Translations under genes and position numbers: made by a program | The notes under the pieces: generated by a model | Told to the model about the DNA's origin: nothing | What the model saw: only the letters and a program-made list of their open reading frames with translations | Database searches by the model: none | Assembly: GCA_032718475.1 (NCBI GenBank) | Contig: JAUCBJ010006537.1 | Location: 59,741 to 123,740, forward strand | Source: Nemertoderma westbladi | Taxonomy: Eukaryota > Animalia > Xenacoelomorpha | Direction: 5' to 3' | DNA length: 64,000 bases | Part shown: piece by piece, positions 23,601 to 38,600 of the stretch | How positions within the stretch are numbered: position 1 is the stretch's first letter | How the letters are laid out: the number at the start of each line of letters is the position of its first letter

Positions 23601-26600
23601 TGTGAAAGAGAAAAATAGTTATTGCATACGGAATAGCCATACAACTGTGAAAGAGAAAAATAGTTATTGCATACGGAATAGCCATACAACTGTGAAAGTG
23701 AAAGTTAGTTATTGCATACGGAATAGCCATACAACTGTGAAAGAGAAAGTTAGTTATTGTATACGGAATAGCCATACAACTGTGAAAGAGAAAAATAGTT
23801 ATTGCATACGGAATAGCCATACAACTGTGAAAGAGAAAAATAGTTATTGCATACGGAATAGCCATACAACTGTGAAAGTGAAAGTTAGTTATTGCATACG
23901 GAATAGCCATACAACTGTGAAAGTGAAAGTTAGTTATTGTATACGGAATAGCCATACAACTGTGAAAGAGAAAAATAGTTATTGCATACGGAATAGCCAT
24001 ACAACTGTGAAAGAGAAAAATAGTTATTGCATACGGAATAGCCATACAACTGTGAAAGTGAAAGTTAGTTATTGCATACGGAATAGCCATACAACTGTGA
24101 AAGAGAAAAATAGTTATTGCATACGGAATAGCCATACAACTGTGAAAGTGAAAGTTAGTTATTGCATACGGAATAGCCATACAACTGTGAAAGTGAAAGT
24201 TAGTTATTGCATACGGAATAGCCATACAACTGTGAAAGTGAAAGTTAGTTATTGCATACGGAATAGCCATACAACTGTGAAAGTGAAAGTTAGTTATTGC
24301 ATACGGAATAGCCATACATACAACTGTGAAAGTGAAAGTTAGTTATTGCATACGGAATAGCTATACAACTGTGAAAGAGAAAAATAGTTATTGCATACGG
24401 AATAGCCATACAACTGTGAAAGAGAAAAATAGTTATTGCATACGGAATAGCCATACAACTGTGAAAGTGAAAGTTAGTTATTGTATACGGAATAGCCATA
24501 CAACTGTGAAAGTGAAAGTTAGTTATTGCATACGGAATAGCCATACAACTGTGAAAGTGAAAGTTAGTTATTGCATACGGAATAGCCATACAACTGTGAA
24601 AGTGAAAGTTAGTTATTGCATACGGAATAGCCATACAACTGTGAAAGTGAAAGTTAGTTATTGCATACGGAATAGCCATACAACTGTGAAAGTGAAAGTT
24701 AGTTATTGCATACGGAATAGCCATACATACAACTGTGAAAGTGAAAGTTAGTTATTGCATACGGAATAGCTATACAACTGTGAAAGAGAAAAATAGTTAT
24801 TGCATACGGAATAGCCATACAACTGTGAAAGTGAAAGTTAGTTATTGTATACGGAATAGCCATACAACTGTGAAAGAGAAAAATAGTTATTGCATACGGA
24901 ATAGCCATACAACTGTGAAAGTGAAAGTTAGTTATTGCATACGGAATAGCCATACAACTGTGAAAGTGAAAGTTAGTTATTGCATACGGAATAGCCATAC
25001 AACTGTGAAAGTGAAAGTTAGTTATTGCATACGGAATAGCCATACAACTGTGAAAGTGAAAGTTAGTTATTGTATACGGAATAGCCATACAACTGTGAAA
25101 GAGAAAAATAGTTATTGCATACGGAATAGCCATACAACTGTGAAAGAGAAAAATAGTTATTGCATACGGAATAGCCATACAACTGTGAAAGTGAAAGTTA
25201 GTTATTGCATACGGAATAGCCATACAACTGTGAAAGTGAAAGTTAGTTATTGCATACGGAATAGCCATACAACTGTGAAAGTGAAAGTTAGTTATTGCAT
25301 ACGGAATAGCCATACAACTGTGAAAGTGAAAGTTAGTTATTGCATACGGAATAGCCATACAACTGTGAAAGTGAAAGTTAGTTATTGCATACGGAATAGC
25401 CATACAACTGTGAAAGTGAAAGTTAGTTATTGCATACGGAATAGCCATACATACAACTGTGAAAGTGAAAGTTAGTTATTGCATACGGAATAGCTATACA
25501 ACTGTGAAAGAGAAAAATAGTTATTGCATACGGAATAGCCATACAACTGTGAAAGTGAAAGTTAGTTATTGTATACGGAATAGCCATACAACTGTGAAAG
25601 AGAAAAATAGTTATTGCATACGGAATAGCCATACAACTGTGAAAGAGAAAAATAGTTATTGCATACGGAATAGCCATACAACTGTGAAAGTGAAAGTTAG
25701 TTATTGCATACGGAATAGCCATACAACTGTGAAAGTGAAAGTTAGTTATTGTATACGGAATAGCCATACAACTGTGAAAGAGAAAAATAGTTATTGCATA
25801 CGGAATAGCCATACAACTGTGAAAGAGAAAAATAGTTATTGCATACGGAATAGCCATACAACTGTGAAAGTGAAAGTTAGTTATTGCATACGGAATAGCT
25901 ATACAACTGTGAAAGAGAAAAATAGTTATTGCATACGGAATAGCCATACAACTGTGAAAGTGAAAGTTAGTTATTGCATACGGAATAGCCATACAACTGT
26001 GAAAGTGAAAGTTAGTTATTGCATACGGAATAGCCATACAACTGTGAAAGTGAAAGTTAGTTATTGCATACGGAATAGCCATACAACTGTGAAAGTGAAA
26101 GTTAGTTATTGCATACGGAATAGCCATACAACTGTGAAAGTGAAAGTTAGTTATTGCATACGGAATAGCCATACATACAACTGTGAAAGTGAAAGTTAGT
26201 TATTGCATACGGAATAGCTATACAACTGTGAAAGAGAAAAATAGTTATTGCATACGGAATAGCCATACAACTGTGAAAGTGAAAGTTAGTTATTGTATAC
26301 GGAATAGCCATACAACTGTGAAAGAGAAAAATAGTTATTGCATACGGAATAGCCTTACAACTGTGAAAGTGAAAGTTAGTTATTGCATACGGAATAGCCA
26401 TACAACTGTGAAAGTGAAAGTTAGTTATTGCATACGGAATAGCCATACAACTGTGAAAGTGAAAGTTAGTTATTGCATACGGAATAGCCATACAACTGTG
26501 AAAGAGAAAAATAGTTATTGCATACGGAATAGCCATACAACTGTGAAAGTGAAAGTTAGTTATTGCATACGGAATAGCCATACAACTGTGAAAGTGAAAG

Positions 26601-29600
26601 TTAGTTATTGTATACGGAATAGCCATACAACTGTGAAAGAGAAAAATAGTTATTGCATACGGAATAGCCATACAACTGTGAAAGAGAAAAATAGTTATTG
26701 CATACGGAATAGCCATACAACTGTGAAAGTGAAAGTTAGTTATTGCATACGGAATAGCCATACAACTGTGAAAGAGAAAAATAGTTATTGCATACGGAAT
26801 AGCCATACAACTGTGAAAGTGAAAGTTAGTTATTGCATACGGAATAGCCATACAACTGTGAAAGTGAAAGTTAGTTATTGCATACGGAATAGCCATACAA
26901 CTGTGAAAGTGAAAGTTAGTTATTGCATACGGAATAGCCATACAACTGTGAAAGTGAAAGTTAGTTATTGCATACGGAATAGCCATACATACAACTGTGA
27001 AAGTGAAAGTTAGTTATTGCATACGGAATAGCTATACAACTGTGAAAGAGAAAAATAGTTATTGCATACGGAATAGCCATACAACTGTGAAAGAGAAAAA
27101 TAGTTATTGCATACGGAATAGCCATACAACTGTGAAAGTGAAAGTTAGTTATTGCATACGGAATAGCCATACAACTGTGAAAGTGAAAGTTAGTTATTGC
27201 ATACGGAATAGCCATACAACTGTGAAAGTGAAAGTTAGTTATTGCATACGGAATAGCCATACAACTGTGAAAGTGAAAGTTAGTTATTGCATACGGAATA
27301 GCCATACAACTGTGAAAGTGAAAGTTAGTTATTGCATACGGAATAGCCATACAACTGTGAAAGTGAAAGTTAGTTATTGCATACGGAATAGCCATACAAC
27401 TGTGAAAGTGAAAGTTAGTTATTGCATACGGAATAGCCATACAACTGTGAAAGTGAAAGTTAGTTATTGCATACGGAATAGCCATACAACTGTGAAAGTG
27501 AAAGTTAGTTATTGCATACGGAATAGCCATACATACAACTGTGAAAGTGAAAGTTAGTTATTGCATACGGAATAGCCATACAACTGTGAAAGTGAAAGTT
27601 AGTTATTGCATACGGAATAGCCATACAACTGTGAAAGTGAAAGTTAGTTATTGCATACGGAATAGCCATACAACTGTGAAAGTGAAAGTTAGTTATTGCA
27701 TACGGAATAGCCATACAACTGTGAAAGTGAAAGTTAGTTATTGCATACGGAATAGCCATACAACTGTGAAAGTGAAAGTTAGTTATTGCATACGGAATAG
27801 CCATACATACAACTGTGAAAGTGAAAGTTAGTTATTGCATACGGAATAGCTATACAACTGTGAAAGAGAAAAATAGTTATTGCATACGGAATAGCCATAC
27901 AACTGTGAAAGTGAAAGTTAGTTATTGCATACGGAATAGCCATACAACTGTGAAAGTGAAAGTTAGTTATTGCATACGGAATAGCCATACAACTGTGAAA
28001 GTGAAAGTTAGTTATTGCATACGGAATAGCCATACAACTGTGAAAGTGAAAGTTAGTTATTGCATACGGAATAGCCATACAACTGTGAAAGTGAAAGTTA
28101 GTTATTGCATACGGAATAGCCATACAACTGTGAAAGTGAAAGTTCGTTATTGCATACGGAATAGCCATACAACTGTGAAAGTGAAAGTTAGTTATTGCAT
28201 ACGGAATAGCCATACAACTGTGAAAGTGAAAGTTAGTTATTGCATACGGAATAGCCATACAACTGTGAAAGTGAAAGTTAGTTATTGCATACGGAATAGC
28301 CATACATACAACTGTGAAAGTGAAAGTTAGTTATTGCATACGGAATAGCCATACAACTGTGAAAGTGAAAGTTCGTTATTGCATACGGAATAGCCATACA
28401 ACTGTGAAAGTGAAAGTTAGTTATTGCATACGGAATAGCCATACAACTGTGAAAGAGAAAAATAGTTATTGCATACGGAATAGCCATACAACTGTGAAAG
28501 TGAAAGTTAGTTATTGCATACGGAATAGCCATACAACTGTGAAAGTGAAAGTTAGTTATTGCATACGGAATAGCCATACAACTGTGAAAGTGAAAGTTAG
28601 TTATTGCATACGGAATAGCCATACAACTGTGAAAGTGAAAGTTAGTTATTGCATACGGAATAGCCATACAACTGTGAAAGAGAAAAATAGTTATTGCATA
28701 CGGAATAGCCATACAACTGTGAAAGTGAAAGTTAGTTATTGCATACGGAATAGCCATACAACTGTGAAAGTGAAAGTTAGTTATTGCATACGGAATAGCC
28801 ATACAACTGTGAAAGTGAAAGTTAGTTATTGCATACGGAATAGCCATACAACTGTGAAAGAGAAAAATAGTTATTGCATACGGAATAGCCATACAACTGT
28901 GAAAGAGAAAAATAGTTATTGCATACGGAATAGCCATACAACTGTGAAAGTGAAAGTTAGTTATTGCATACGGAATAGCCATACATACAACTGTGAAAGT
29001 GAAAGTTAGTTATTGCATACGGAATAGCCATACAACTGTGAAAGAGAAAAATAGTTATTGCATACGGAATAGCCATACAACTGTGAAAGTGAAAGTTAGT
29101 TATTGCATACGGAATAGCCATACATACAACTGTGAAAGTGAAAGTTAGTTATTGCATACGGAATAGCCATACAACTGTGAAAGAGAAAAATAGTTATTGC
29201 ATACGGAATAGCCATACAACTGTGAAAGTGAAAGTTAGTTATTGCATACGGAATAGCCATACAACTGTGAAAGTGAAAGTTAGTTATTGCATACGGAATA
29301 GCCATACAACTGTGAAAGTGAAAGTTAGTTATTGTATACGGAATAGCCATACAACTGTGAAAGAGAAAAATAGTTATTGCATACGGAATAGCCATACAAC
29401 TGTGAAAGTGAAAGTTAGTTATTGCATACGGAATAGCCATACATACAACTGTGAAAGTGAAAGTTAGTTATTGCATACGGAATAGCCATACATACAACTG
29501 TGAAAGTGAAAGTTAGTTATTGTATACGGAATAGCCATACAACTGTGAAAGTGAAAGTTAGTTATTGCATACGGAATAGCCATACATACAACTGTGAAAG

Positions 29601-32600
29601 TGAAAGTTAGTTATTGCATACGGAATAGCCATACATACAACTGTGAAAGTGAAAGTTAGTTATTGCATACGGAATAGCCATACATACAACTGTGAAAGTG
29701 AAAGTTAGTTATTGCATACGGAATAGCCATACAACTGTGAAAGTGAAAGTTAGTTATTGCATACGGAATAGCCATACATACAACTGTGAAAGTGAAAGTT
29801 AGTTATTGCATACGGAATAGCCATACAACTGTGAAAGAGAAAAATAGTTATTGCATACGGAATAGCCATACAACTGTGAAAGAGAAAAATAGTTATTGCA
29901 TACGGAATAGCCATACATACAACCCTGAAAGTGAAAGTTAGTTATTGTATACGGAATAGCCATACAACTGTGAAAGTGAAAGTTAGTTATTGCATACGGA
30001 ATAGCCATACATACAACTGTGAAAGTGAAAGTTAGTTATTGCATACGGAATAGCCATACATACAACTGTGAAAGTGAAAGTTAGTTATTGTATACGGAAT
30101 AGCCATACAACTGTGAAAGTGAAAGTTAGTTATTGCATACGGAATAGCCATACATACAACTGTGAAAGTGAAAGTTAGTTATTGCATACGGAATAGCCAT
30201 ACATACAACTGTGAAAGTGAAAGTTAGTTATTGCATACGGAATAGCCATACATACAACTGTGAAAGTGAAAGTTAGTTATTGCATACGGAATAGCCATAC
30301 AACTGTGAAAGTGAAAGTTAGTTATTGCATACGGAATAGCCATACATACAACTGTGAAAGTGAAAGTTAGTTATTGCATACGGAATAGCCATACAACTGT
30401 GAAAGAGAAAAATAGTTATTGCATACAGAATAGCCATACAACTGTGAAAGTGAAAGTTAGTTATTGCATACGGAATAGCCATACAACTGTGAAAGAGAAA
30501 AATAGTTATTGCATACGGAATAGCCATACATACAACCCTGAAAGTGAAAGTTAGTTATTGTATACGGAATAGCCATACAACTGTGAAAGTAAAAGTTAGT
30601 TATTGCATACGGAATAGCCATACAACTGTGAAAGAGAAAAATAGTTATTGCATACAGAATAGCCATACAACTGTGAAAGTGAAAGTTAGTTATTGCATAC
30701 GGAATAGCCATACATACAACTGTGAAAGTGAAAGTTAGTTATTGCATACGGAATAGCCATACAACTGTGAAAGAGAAAAATAGTTATTGCATACGGAATA
30801 GCCATACAACTGTGAAAGTGAAAGTTAGTTATTGCATACGGAATAGCCATACAACTGTGAAAGTGAAAGTTAGTTATTGCATACGGAATAGCCATACAAC
30901 TGTGAAAGTGAAAGTTAGTTATTGCATACGGAATAGCCATACAACTGTGAAAGTGAAAGTTAGTTATTGCATACGGAATAGCCATACATACAACTGTGAA
31001 AGTGAAAGTTAGTTATTGCATACGGAATAGCCATACATACAACTGTGAAAGTGAAAGTTAGTTATTGCATACGGAATAGCCATACATACAACCCTGAAAG
31101 TGAAAGTTAGTTATTGTATACGGAATAGCCATACAACTGTGAAAGTAAAAGTTAGTTATTGCATACGGAATAGCCATACAACTGTGAAAGAGAAAAATAG
31201 TTATTGCATACAGAATAGCCATACAACTGTGAAAGTGAAAGTTAGTTATTGCATACGGAATAGCCATACATACAACTGTGAAAGTGAAAGTTAGTTATTG
31301 CATACGGAATAGCCATACAACTGTGAAAGAGAAAAATAGTTATTGCATACGGAATAGCCATACAACTGTGAAAGTGAAAGTTAGTTATTGCATACGGAAT
31401 AGCCATACAACTGTGAAAGTGAAAGTTAGTTATTGCATACGGAATAGCCATACAACTGTGAAAGTGAAAGTTAGTTATTGCATACGGAATAGCCATACAA
31501 CTGTGAAAGTGAAAGTTAGTTATTGCATACGGAATAGCCATACAACTGTGAAAGAGAAAAATAGTTATTGCATACAGAATAGCCATACAACTGTGAAAGT
31601 GAAAGTTAGTTATTGCATACGGAATAGCCATACAACTGTGAAAGTGAAAGTTAGTTATTGCATACGGAATAGCCATACATACAACTGTGAAAGTGAAAGT
31701 TAGTTATTGCATACGGAATAGCCATACATACAACTGTGAAAGTGAAAGTTAGTTATTGCATACGGAATAGCCATACAACTGTGAAAGAGAAAAATAGTTA
31801 TTGCATACAGAATAGCCATACAACTGTGAAAGTGAAAGTTAGTTATTGCATACGGAATAGCCATACATACAACTGTGAAAGTGAAAGTTAGTTATTGTAT
31901 ACGGAATAGAAATACAACTGTGAAAGAGAAAAATAGTTATTGCATACGGAATAGCCATACAACTGTGAAAGAGAAAAATAGTTATTGCATACGGAATAGC
32001 CATACAACTGTGAAAGTGAAAGTTAGTTATTGCATACGGAATAGCCATACAACTGTGAAAGTGAAAGTTAGTTATTGCATACGGAATAGCCATACAACTG
32101 TGAAAGTGAAAGTTAGTTATTGTATACGGAATAGCCATACATACAACTGTGAAAGTGAAAGTTAGTTATTGTATACGGAATAGAAATACAACTGTGAAAG
32201 AGAAAAATAGTTATTGCATACGGAATAGCCATACAACTGTGAAAGAGAAAAATAGTTATTGCATACGGAATAGCCATACAACTGTGAAAGTGAAAGTTAG
32301 TTATTGCATACGGAATAGCCATACAACTGTGAAAGTGAAAGTTAGTTATTGCATACGGAATAGCCATACAACTGTGAAAGTGAAAGTTAGTTATTGTATA
32401 CGGAATAGCCATACAACTGTGAAAGTTAGTTATTGCATACGGAATAGCCATACAACTGTGAAAGAGAAAAATAGTTATTGCATACGGAATAGCCATACAA
32501 CTGTGAAAGTGAAAGTTAGTTATTGCATACGGAATAGCCATACAACTGTGAAAGTGAAAGTTAGTTATTGCATACGGAATAGCCATACAACTGTGAAAGT

Positions 32601-35600
32601 GAAAGTTAGTTATTGTATACGGAATAGCCATACAACTGTGAAAGTTAGTTATTGCATACGGAATAGCCATACAACTGTGAAAGAGAAAAATAGTTATTGC
32701 ATACGGAATAGCCATACAACTGTGAAAGAGAAAAATAGTTATTGCATACGGAATAGCCATACAACTGTGAAAGTGAAAGTTAGTTATTGCATACAGAATA
32801 GCCATACAACCCTGAAAGTGAAAGTTAGTTATTGTATACGGAATAGCCATACAACTGTGAAAGTGAAAGTTAGTTATTGCATACGGAATAGCCATACATA
32901 CAACTGTGAAAGTGAAAGTTAGTTATTGCATACGGAATAGCCATACATACAACTGTGAAAGTGAAAGTTAGTTATTGCATACGGAATAGCCATACATACA
33001 ACTGTGAAAGTGAAAGTTAGTTATTGCATACGGAATAGCCATACATACAACTGTGAAAGTGAAAGTTAGTTATTGCATACGGAATAGCCATACATACAAC
33101 TGTGAAAGTGAAAGTTAGTTATTGCATACGGAATAGCCATACATACAACTGTGAAAGTGAAAGTTAGTTATTGCATACGGAATAGCCATACATACAACTG
33201 TGAAAGTGAAAGTTAGTTATTGCATACGGAATAGCCATACATACAACTGTGAAAGTGAAAGTTAGTTATTGCATACGGAATAGCCATACATACAACTGTG
33301 AAAGTGAAAGTTAGTTATTGCATACGGAATAGCCATACATACAACTGTGAAAGTGAAAGTTAGTTATTGCATACGGAATAGCCATACATACAACTGTGAA
33401 AGTGAAAGTTAGTTATTGCATACGGAATAGCCATACATACAACTGTGAAAGTGAAAGTTAGTTATTGCATACGGAATAGCCATACAACTGTGAAAGAGAA
33501 AAATAGTTATTGCATACGGAATAGCCATACAACTGTGAAAGTGAAAGTTAGTTATTGCATACGGAATAGCCATACAACTGTGAAAGTGAAAGTTAGTTAT
33601 TGCATACGGAATAGCCATACAACTGTGAAAGTGAAAGTTAGTTATTGCATACGGAATAGCCATACAACTGTGAAAGTGAAAGTTAGTTATTGCATACGGA
33701 ATAGCCATACAACTGTGAAAGTGAAAGTTAGTTATTGCATACGGAATAGCCATACATACAACTGTGAAAGTGAAAGTTAGTTATTGCATACGGAATAGCC
33801 ATACATACAACTGTGAAAGTGAAAGTTAGTTATTGCATACGGAATAGCCATACATACAACTGTGAAAGTGAAAGTTAGTTATTGCATACGGAATAGCCAT
33901 ACATACAACTGTGAAAGTGAAAGTTAGTTATTGCATACGGACTAGCCATACATACAACTGTGAAAGTGAAAGTTAGTTATTGCATACGGAATAGCCATAC
34001 ATACAACTGTGAAAGTGAAAGTTAGTTATTGCATACGGAATAGCCATACATACAACTGTGAAAGTGAAAGTTAGTTATTGCATACGGAATAGCCATACAT
34101 ACAACTGTGAAAGTGAAAGTTAGTTATTGCATACGGAATAGCCATACAACTGTGAAAGAGAAAAATAGTTATTGCATACGGAATAGCCATACAACTGTGA
34201 AAGTGAAAGTTAGTTATTGCATACGGAATAGCCATACAACTGTGAAAGTGAAAGTTAGTTATTGCATACGGAATAGACATACAACTGTGAAAGAGAAAAA
34301 TAGTTATTGCATACGGAATAGCCATACAACTGTGAAAGAGAAAAATAGTTATTGCATACGGAATAGCCATACAACTGTGAAAGAGAAAAATAGTTATTGC
34401 ATACGGAATAGCCATACAACTGTGAAAGTGAAAGTTAGTTATTGCATACGGAATAGCCATACAACTGTGAAAGTGTAAGTTAGTTATTGCATACGGAATA
34501 GCCATACATACAACTGTGAAAGTGAAAGTTAGTTATTGCATACGGAATAGCCATACAACTGTGAAAGTGAAAGTTAGTTATTGCATACGGAATAGCCATA
34601 CAACTGTGAAAGTGAAAGTTAGTTATTGTATACGGAATAGCCATACAACTGTGAAAGAGAAAAATAGTTATTGCATACGGAATAGCCATACAACTGTGAA
34701 AGTGAAAGTTAGTTATTGCATACGGAATAGCCATACAACTGTGAAAGTGAAAGTTAGTTATTGTATACGGAATAGCCATACAACTGTGAAAGAGAAAAAT
34801 AGTTATTGCATACGGAATAGCCATACAACTGTGAAAGTGAAAGTTAGTTATTGCATACGGAATAGCCATACAACTGTGAAAGAGAAAAATAGTTATTGCA
34901 TACGGAATAGCCATACAACTGTGAAAGAGAAAAATAGTTATTGCATACGGAATAGCCATACAACTGTGAAAGAGAAAAATAGTTATTGCATACGGAATAG
35001 CCATACAACTGTGAAAGAGAAAAATAGTTATTGCATACGGAATAGCCATACAACTGTGAAAGTGAAAGTTAGTTATTGTATACGGAATAGCCATACAACT
35101 GTGAAAGAGAAAAATAGTTATTGCATACGGAATAGCCATACAACTGTGAAAGAGAAAAATAGTTATTGCATACGGAATAGCCATACAACTGTGAAAGTGA
35201 AAGTTAGTTATTGCATACAGAATAGCCATACAACTGTGAAAGGTGAAAGTTAGTTATTGCATACGGAATAGCCATACAACTGTGAAAGTGAAAGTTAGTT
35301 ATTGCATACGGAATAGCCATACAACTGTGAAAGTGAAAGTTAGTTATTGCATACGGAATAGCCATACAACTGTGAAAGTGAAAGTTAGTTATTGCATACA
35401 GAATAGCCATACAACTGTGAAAGGTGAAAGTTAGTTATTGCATACGGAATAGCCATACAACTGTGAAAGTGAAAGTTAGTTATTGCATACGGAATAGCCA
35501 TACAACTGTGAAAGTGAAAGTTAGTTATTGCATACGGAATAGCCATACAACTGTGAAAGTGAAAGTTAGTTATTGCATACGGAATAGCCATACAACTGTG

Positions 35601-38600
35601 AAAGTGAAAGTTAGTTATTGCATACGGAATAGCCATACAACTGTGAAAGAGAAAAATAGTTATTGCATACGGAATAGCCATACAACTGTGAAAGTGAAAG
35701 TTAGTTATTGCATACGGAATAGCCATACAACTGTGAAAGTGAAAGTTAGTTATTGCATACGGAATAGCCATACAACTGTGAAAGTGAAAGTTAGTTATTG
35801 CATACGGAATAGCCATACAACTGTGAAAGAGAAAAATAGTTATTGCATACGGAATAGCCATACAACTGTGAAAGTGAAAGTTAGTTATTGCATACGGAAT
35901 AGCCATACAACTGTGAAAGTGAAAGTTAGTTATTGCATACGGAATAGCCATACAACTGTGAAAGTGAAAGTTAGTTATTGCATACGGAATAGCCATACAA
36001 CTGTGAAAGTGAAAGTTAGTTATTGCATACGGAATAGCCATACAACTGTGAAAGTGAAAGTTAGTTATTGCATACGGAATAGCCATACAACTGTGAAAGA
36101 GAAAAATAGTTATTGTATACGGAATAGCCATACAACTGTGAAAGAGAAAAATAGTTATTGCATACGGAATAGCCATACATACAACTGTGAAAGTGAAAGT
36201 TAGTTATTGCATACGGAATAGCCATACAACTGTGAAAGAGAAAAATAGTTATTGCATACGGAATAGCCATACAACTGTGAAAGAGAAAAATAGTTATTGC
36301 ATACGGAATAGCCATACATACAACTGTGAAAGTGAAAGTTAGTTATTGCATACGGAATAGCAATACAACTGTGAAAGTGAAAGTTAGTTATTGCATACGG
36401 AATAGCCATACAACTGTGAAAGAGAAAAATAGTTATTGTATACGGAATAGCCATACAACTGTGAAAGAGAAAAATAGTTATTGCATACGGAATAGCCATA
36501 CATACAACTGTGAAAGTGAAAGTTAGTTATTGCATACGGAATAGCAATACAACTGTGAAAGTGAAAGTTAGTTATTGCATACGGAATAGCCATACAACTG
36601 TGAAAGAGAAAAATAGTTATTGCATACGGAATAGCCATACATACAACTGTGAAAGTGAAAGTTAGTTATTGCATACGGAATAGCCATACAACTGTGAAAG
36701 TGAAAGTTAGTTATTGCATACGGAATAGCCATACAACTGTGAAAGTGAAAGTTAGTTATTGCATACGGAATAGCCATACAACTGTGAAAGTGAAAGTTAG
36801 TTATTGCATACGGAATAGCCATACAACTGTGAAAGTGAAAGTTAGTTATTGCATACGGAATAGCCATACAACTGTGAAAGAGAAAAATAGTTATTGCATA
36901 CGGAATAGCCATACAACTGTGAAAGTGAAAGTTAGTTATTGCATACGGAATAGCCATACAACTGTGAAAGAGAAAGTTAGTTATTGCATAATGAATAGCC
37001 ATACAACTGTGAAAGAGAAAAATAGTTATTGCATACGGAATAGTCATACATACAACTGTGAAAGTGAAAGTTAGTTATTGCATACGGAATAGCCATACAA
37101 CTGTGAAAGTGAAAGTTAGTTATTGCATACGGAATAGCCATACAACTGTGAAAGAGAAAAATAGTTATTGCATACGGAATAGCCATACAACTGTGAAAGT
37201 GAAAGTTAGTTATTGCATACGGAATAGCCATACAACTGTGAAAGAGAAAGTTAGTTATTGCATAATGAATAGCCATACAACTGTGAAAGAGAAAAATAGT
37301 TATTGCATACGGAATAGTCATACAACTGTGAAAGAGAAAGTTAGTTATTGCATACGGAATAGCCATACAACTGTGAAAGTGAAAGTTAGTTATTGCATAC
37401 GGAATAGCCATACAACTGTGAAAGTGAAAGTTAGTTATTGCATACGGAATAGCCATACAACTGTGAAAGTGAAAGTTAGTTATTGCATACGGAATAGCCA
37501 TACAACTGTGAAAGTGAAAGTTAGTTATTGCATATGGAATAGCCATACAACTCGGAAAATGAAAGTTAGTTATTGCATACGGAATAGTCATACATACAAC
37601 TGTGAAAGTGAAAGTTAGTTATTGCATACGGAATAGCCATACAACTGTGAAAGTGAAAGTTAGTTATTGCATACGGAATAGCCATACAACTGTGAAAGAG
37701 AAAAATAGTTATTGCATACGGAATAGACATGCAACTGTGAAAGAGAAAGTTAGTTATTGCATACGGAATAGCCATACAACTGTGAAAGTGAAAGTTAGTT
37801 ATTGCATACGGAATAGTCATACATACAACTGTGAAAGTGAAAGTTAGTTATTGCATACGGAATAGCCATACAACTGTGAAAGTGAAAGTTAGTTATTGCA
37901 TACGGAATAGCCATACAACTGTGAAAGTGAAAGTTAGTTATTGCATACGGAATAGCCATACAACTGTGAAAGTGAAAGTTAGTTATTGCATACGGAATAG
38001 CCATACAACTGTGAAAGAGAAAGTTAGTTATTGCATAATGAATAGCCATACAACTGTGAAAGAGAAAAATAGTTATTGCATACGGAATAGTCATACAACT
38101 GTGAAAGAGAAAGTTAGTTATTGCATACGGAATAGCCATACAACTGTGAAAGTGAAAGTTAGTTATTGCATACGGAATAGCCATACAACTGTGAAAGTGA
38201 AAGTTAGTTATTGCATACGGAATAGCCATACAACTGTGAAAGTGAAAGTTAGTTATTGCATACGGAATAGCCATACAACTGTGAAAGTGAAAGTTAGTTA
38301 TTGCATATGGAATAGCCATACAACTCGGAAAATGAAAGTTAGTTATTGCATAATGAATAGCCATACAACTGTGAAAGAGAAAAATAGTTATTGCATACGG
38401 AATAGTCATACAACTGTGAAAGAGAAAGTTAGTTATTGCATACGGAATAGCCATACAACTGTGAAAGAGAAAGTTAGTTATTGCATACGGAATAGCCATA
38501 CAACTGTGAAAGTGAAAGTTAGTTATTGCATACGGAATAGCCATACAACTGTGAAAGTGAAAGTTATTTATTGCATACGGAATAGCCATACAACTGTGAA

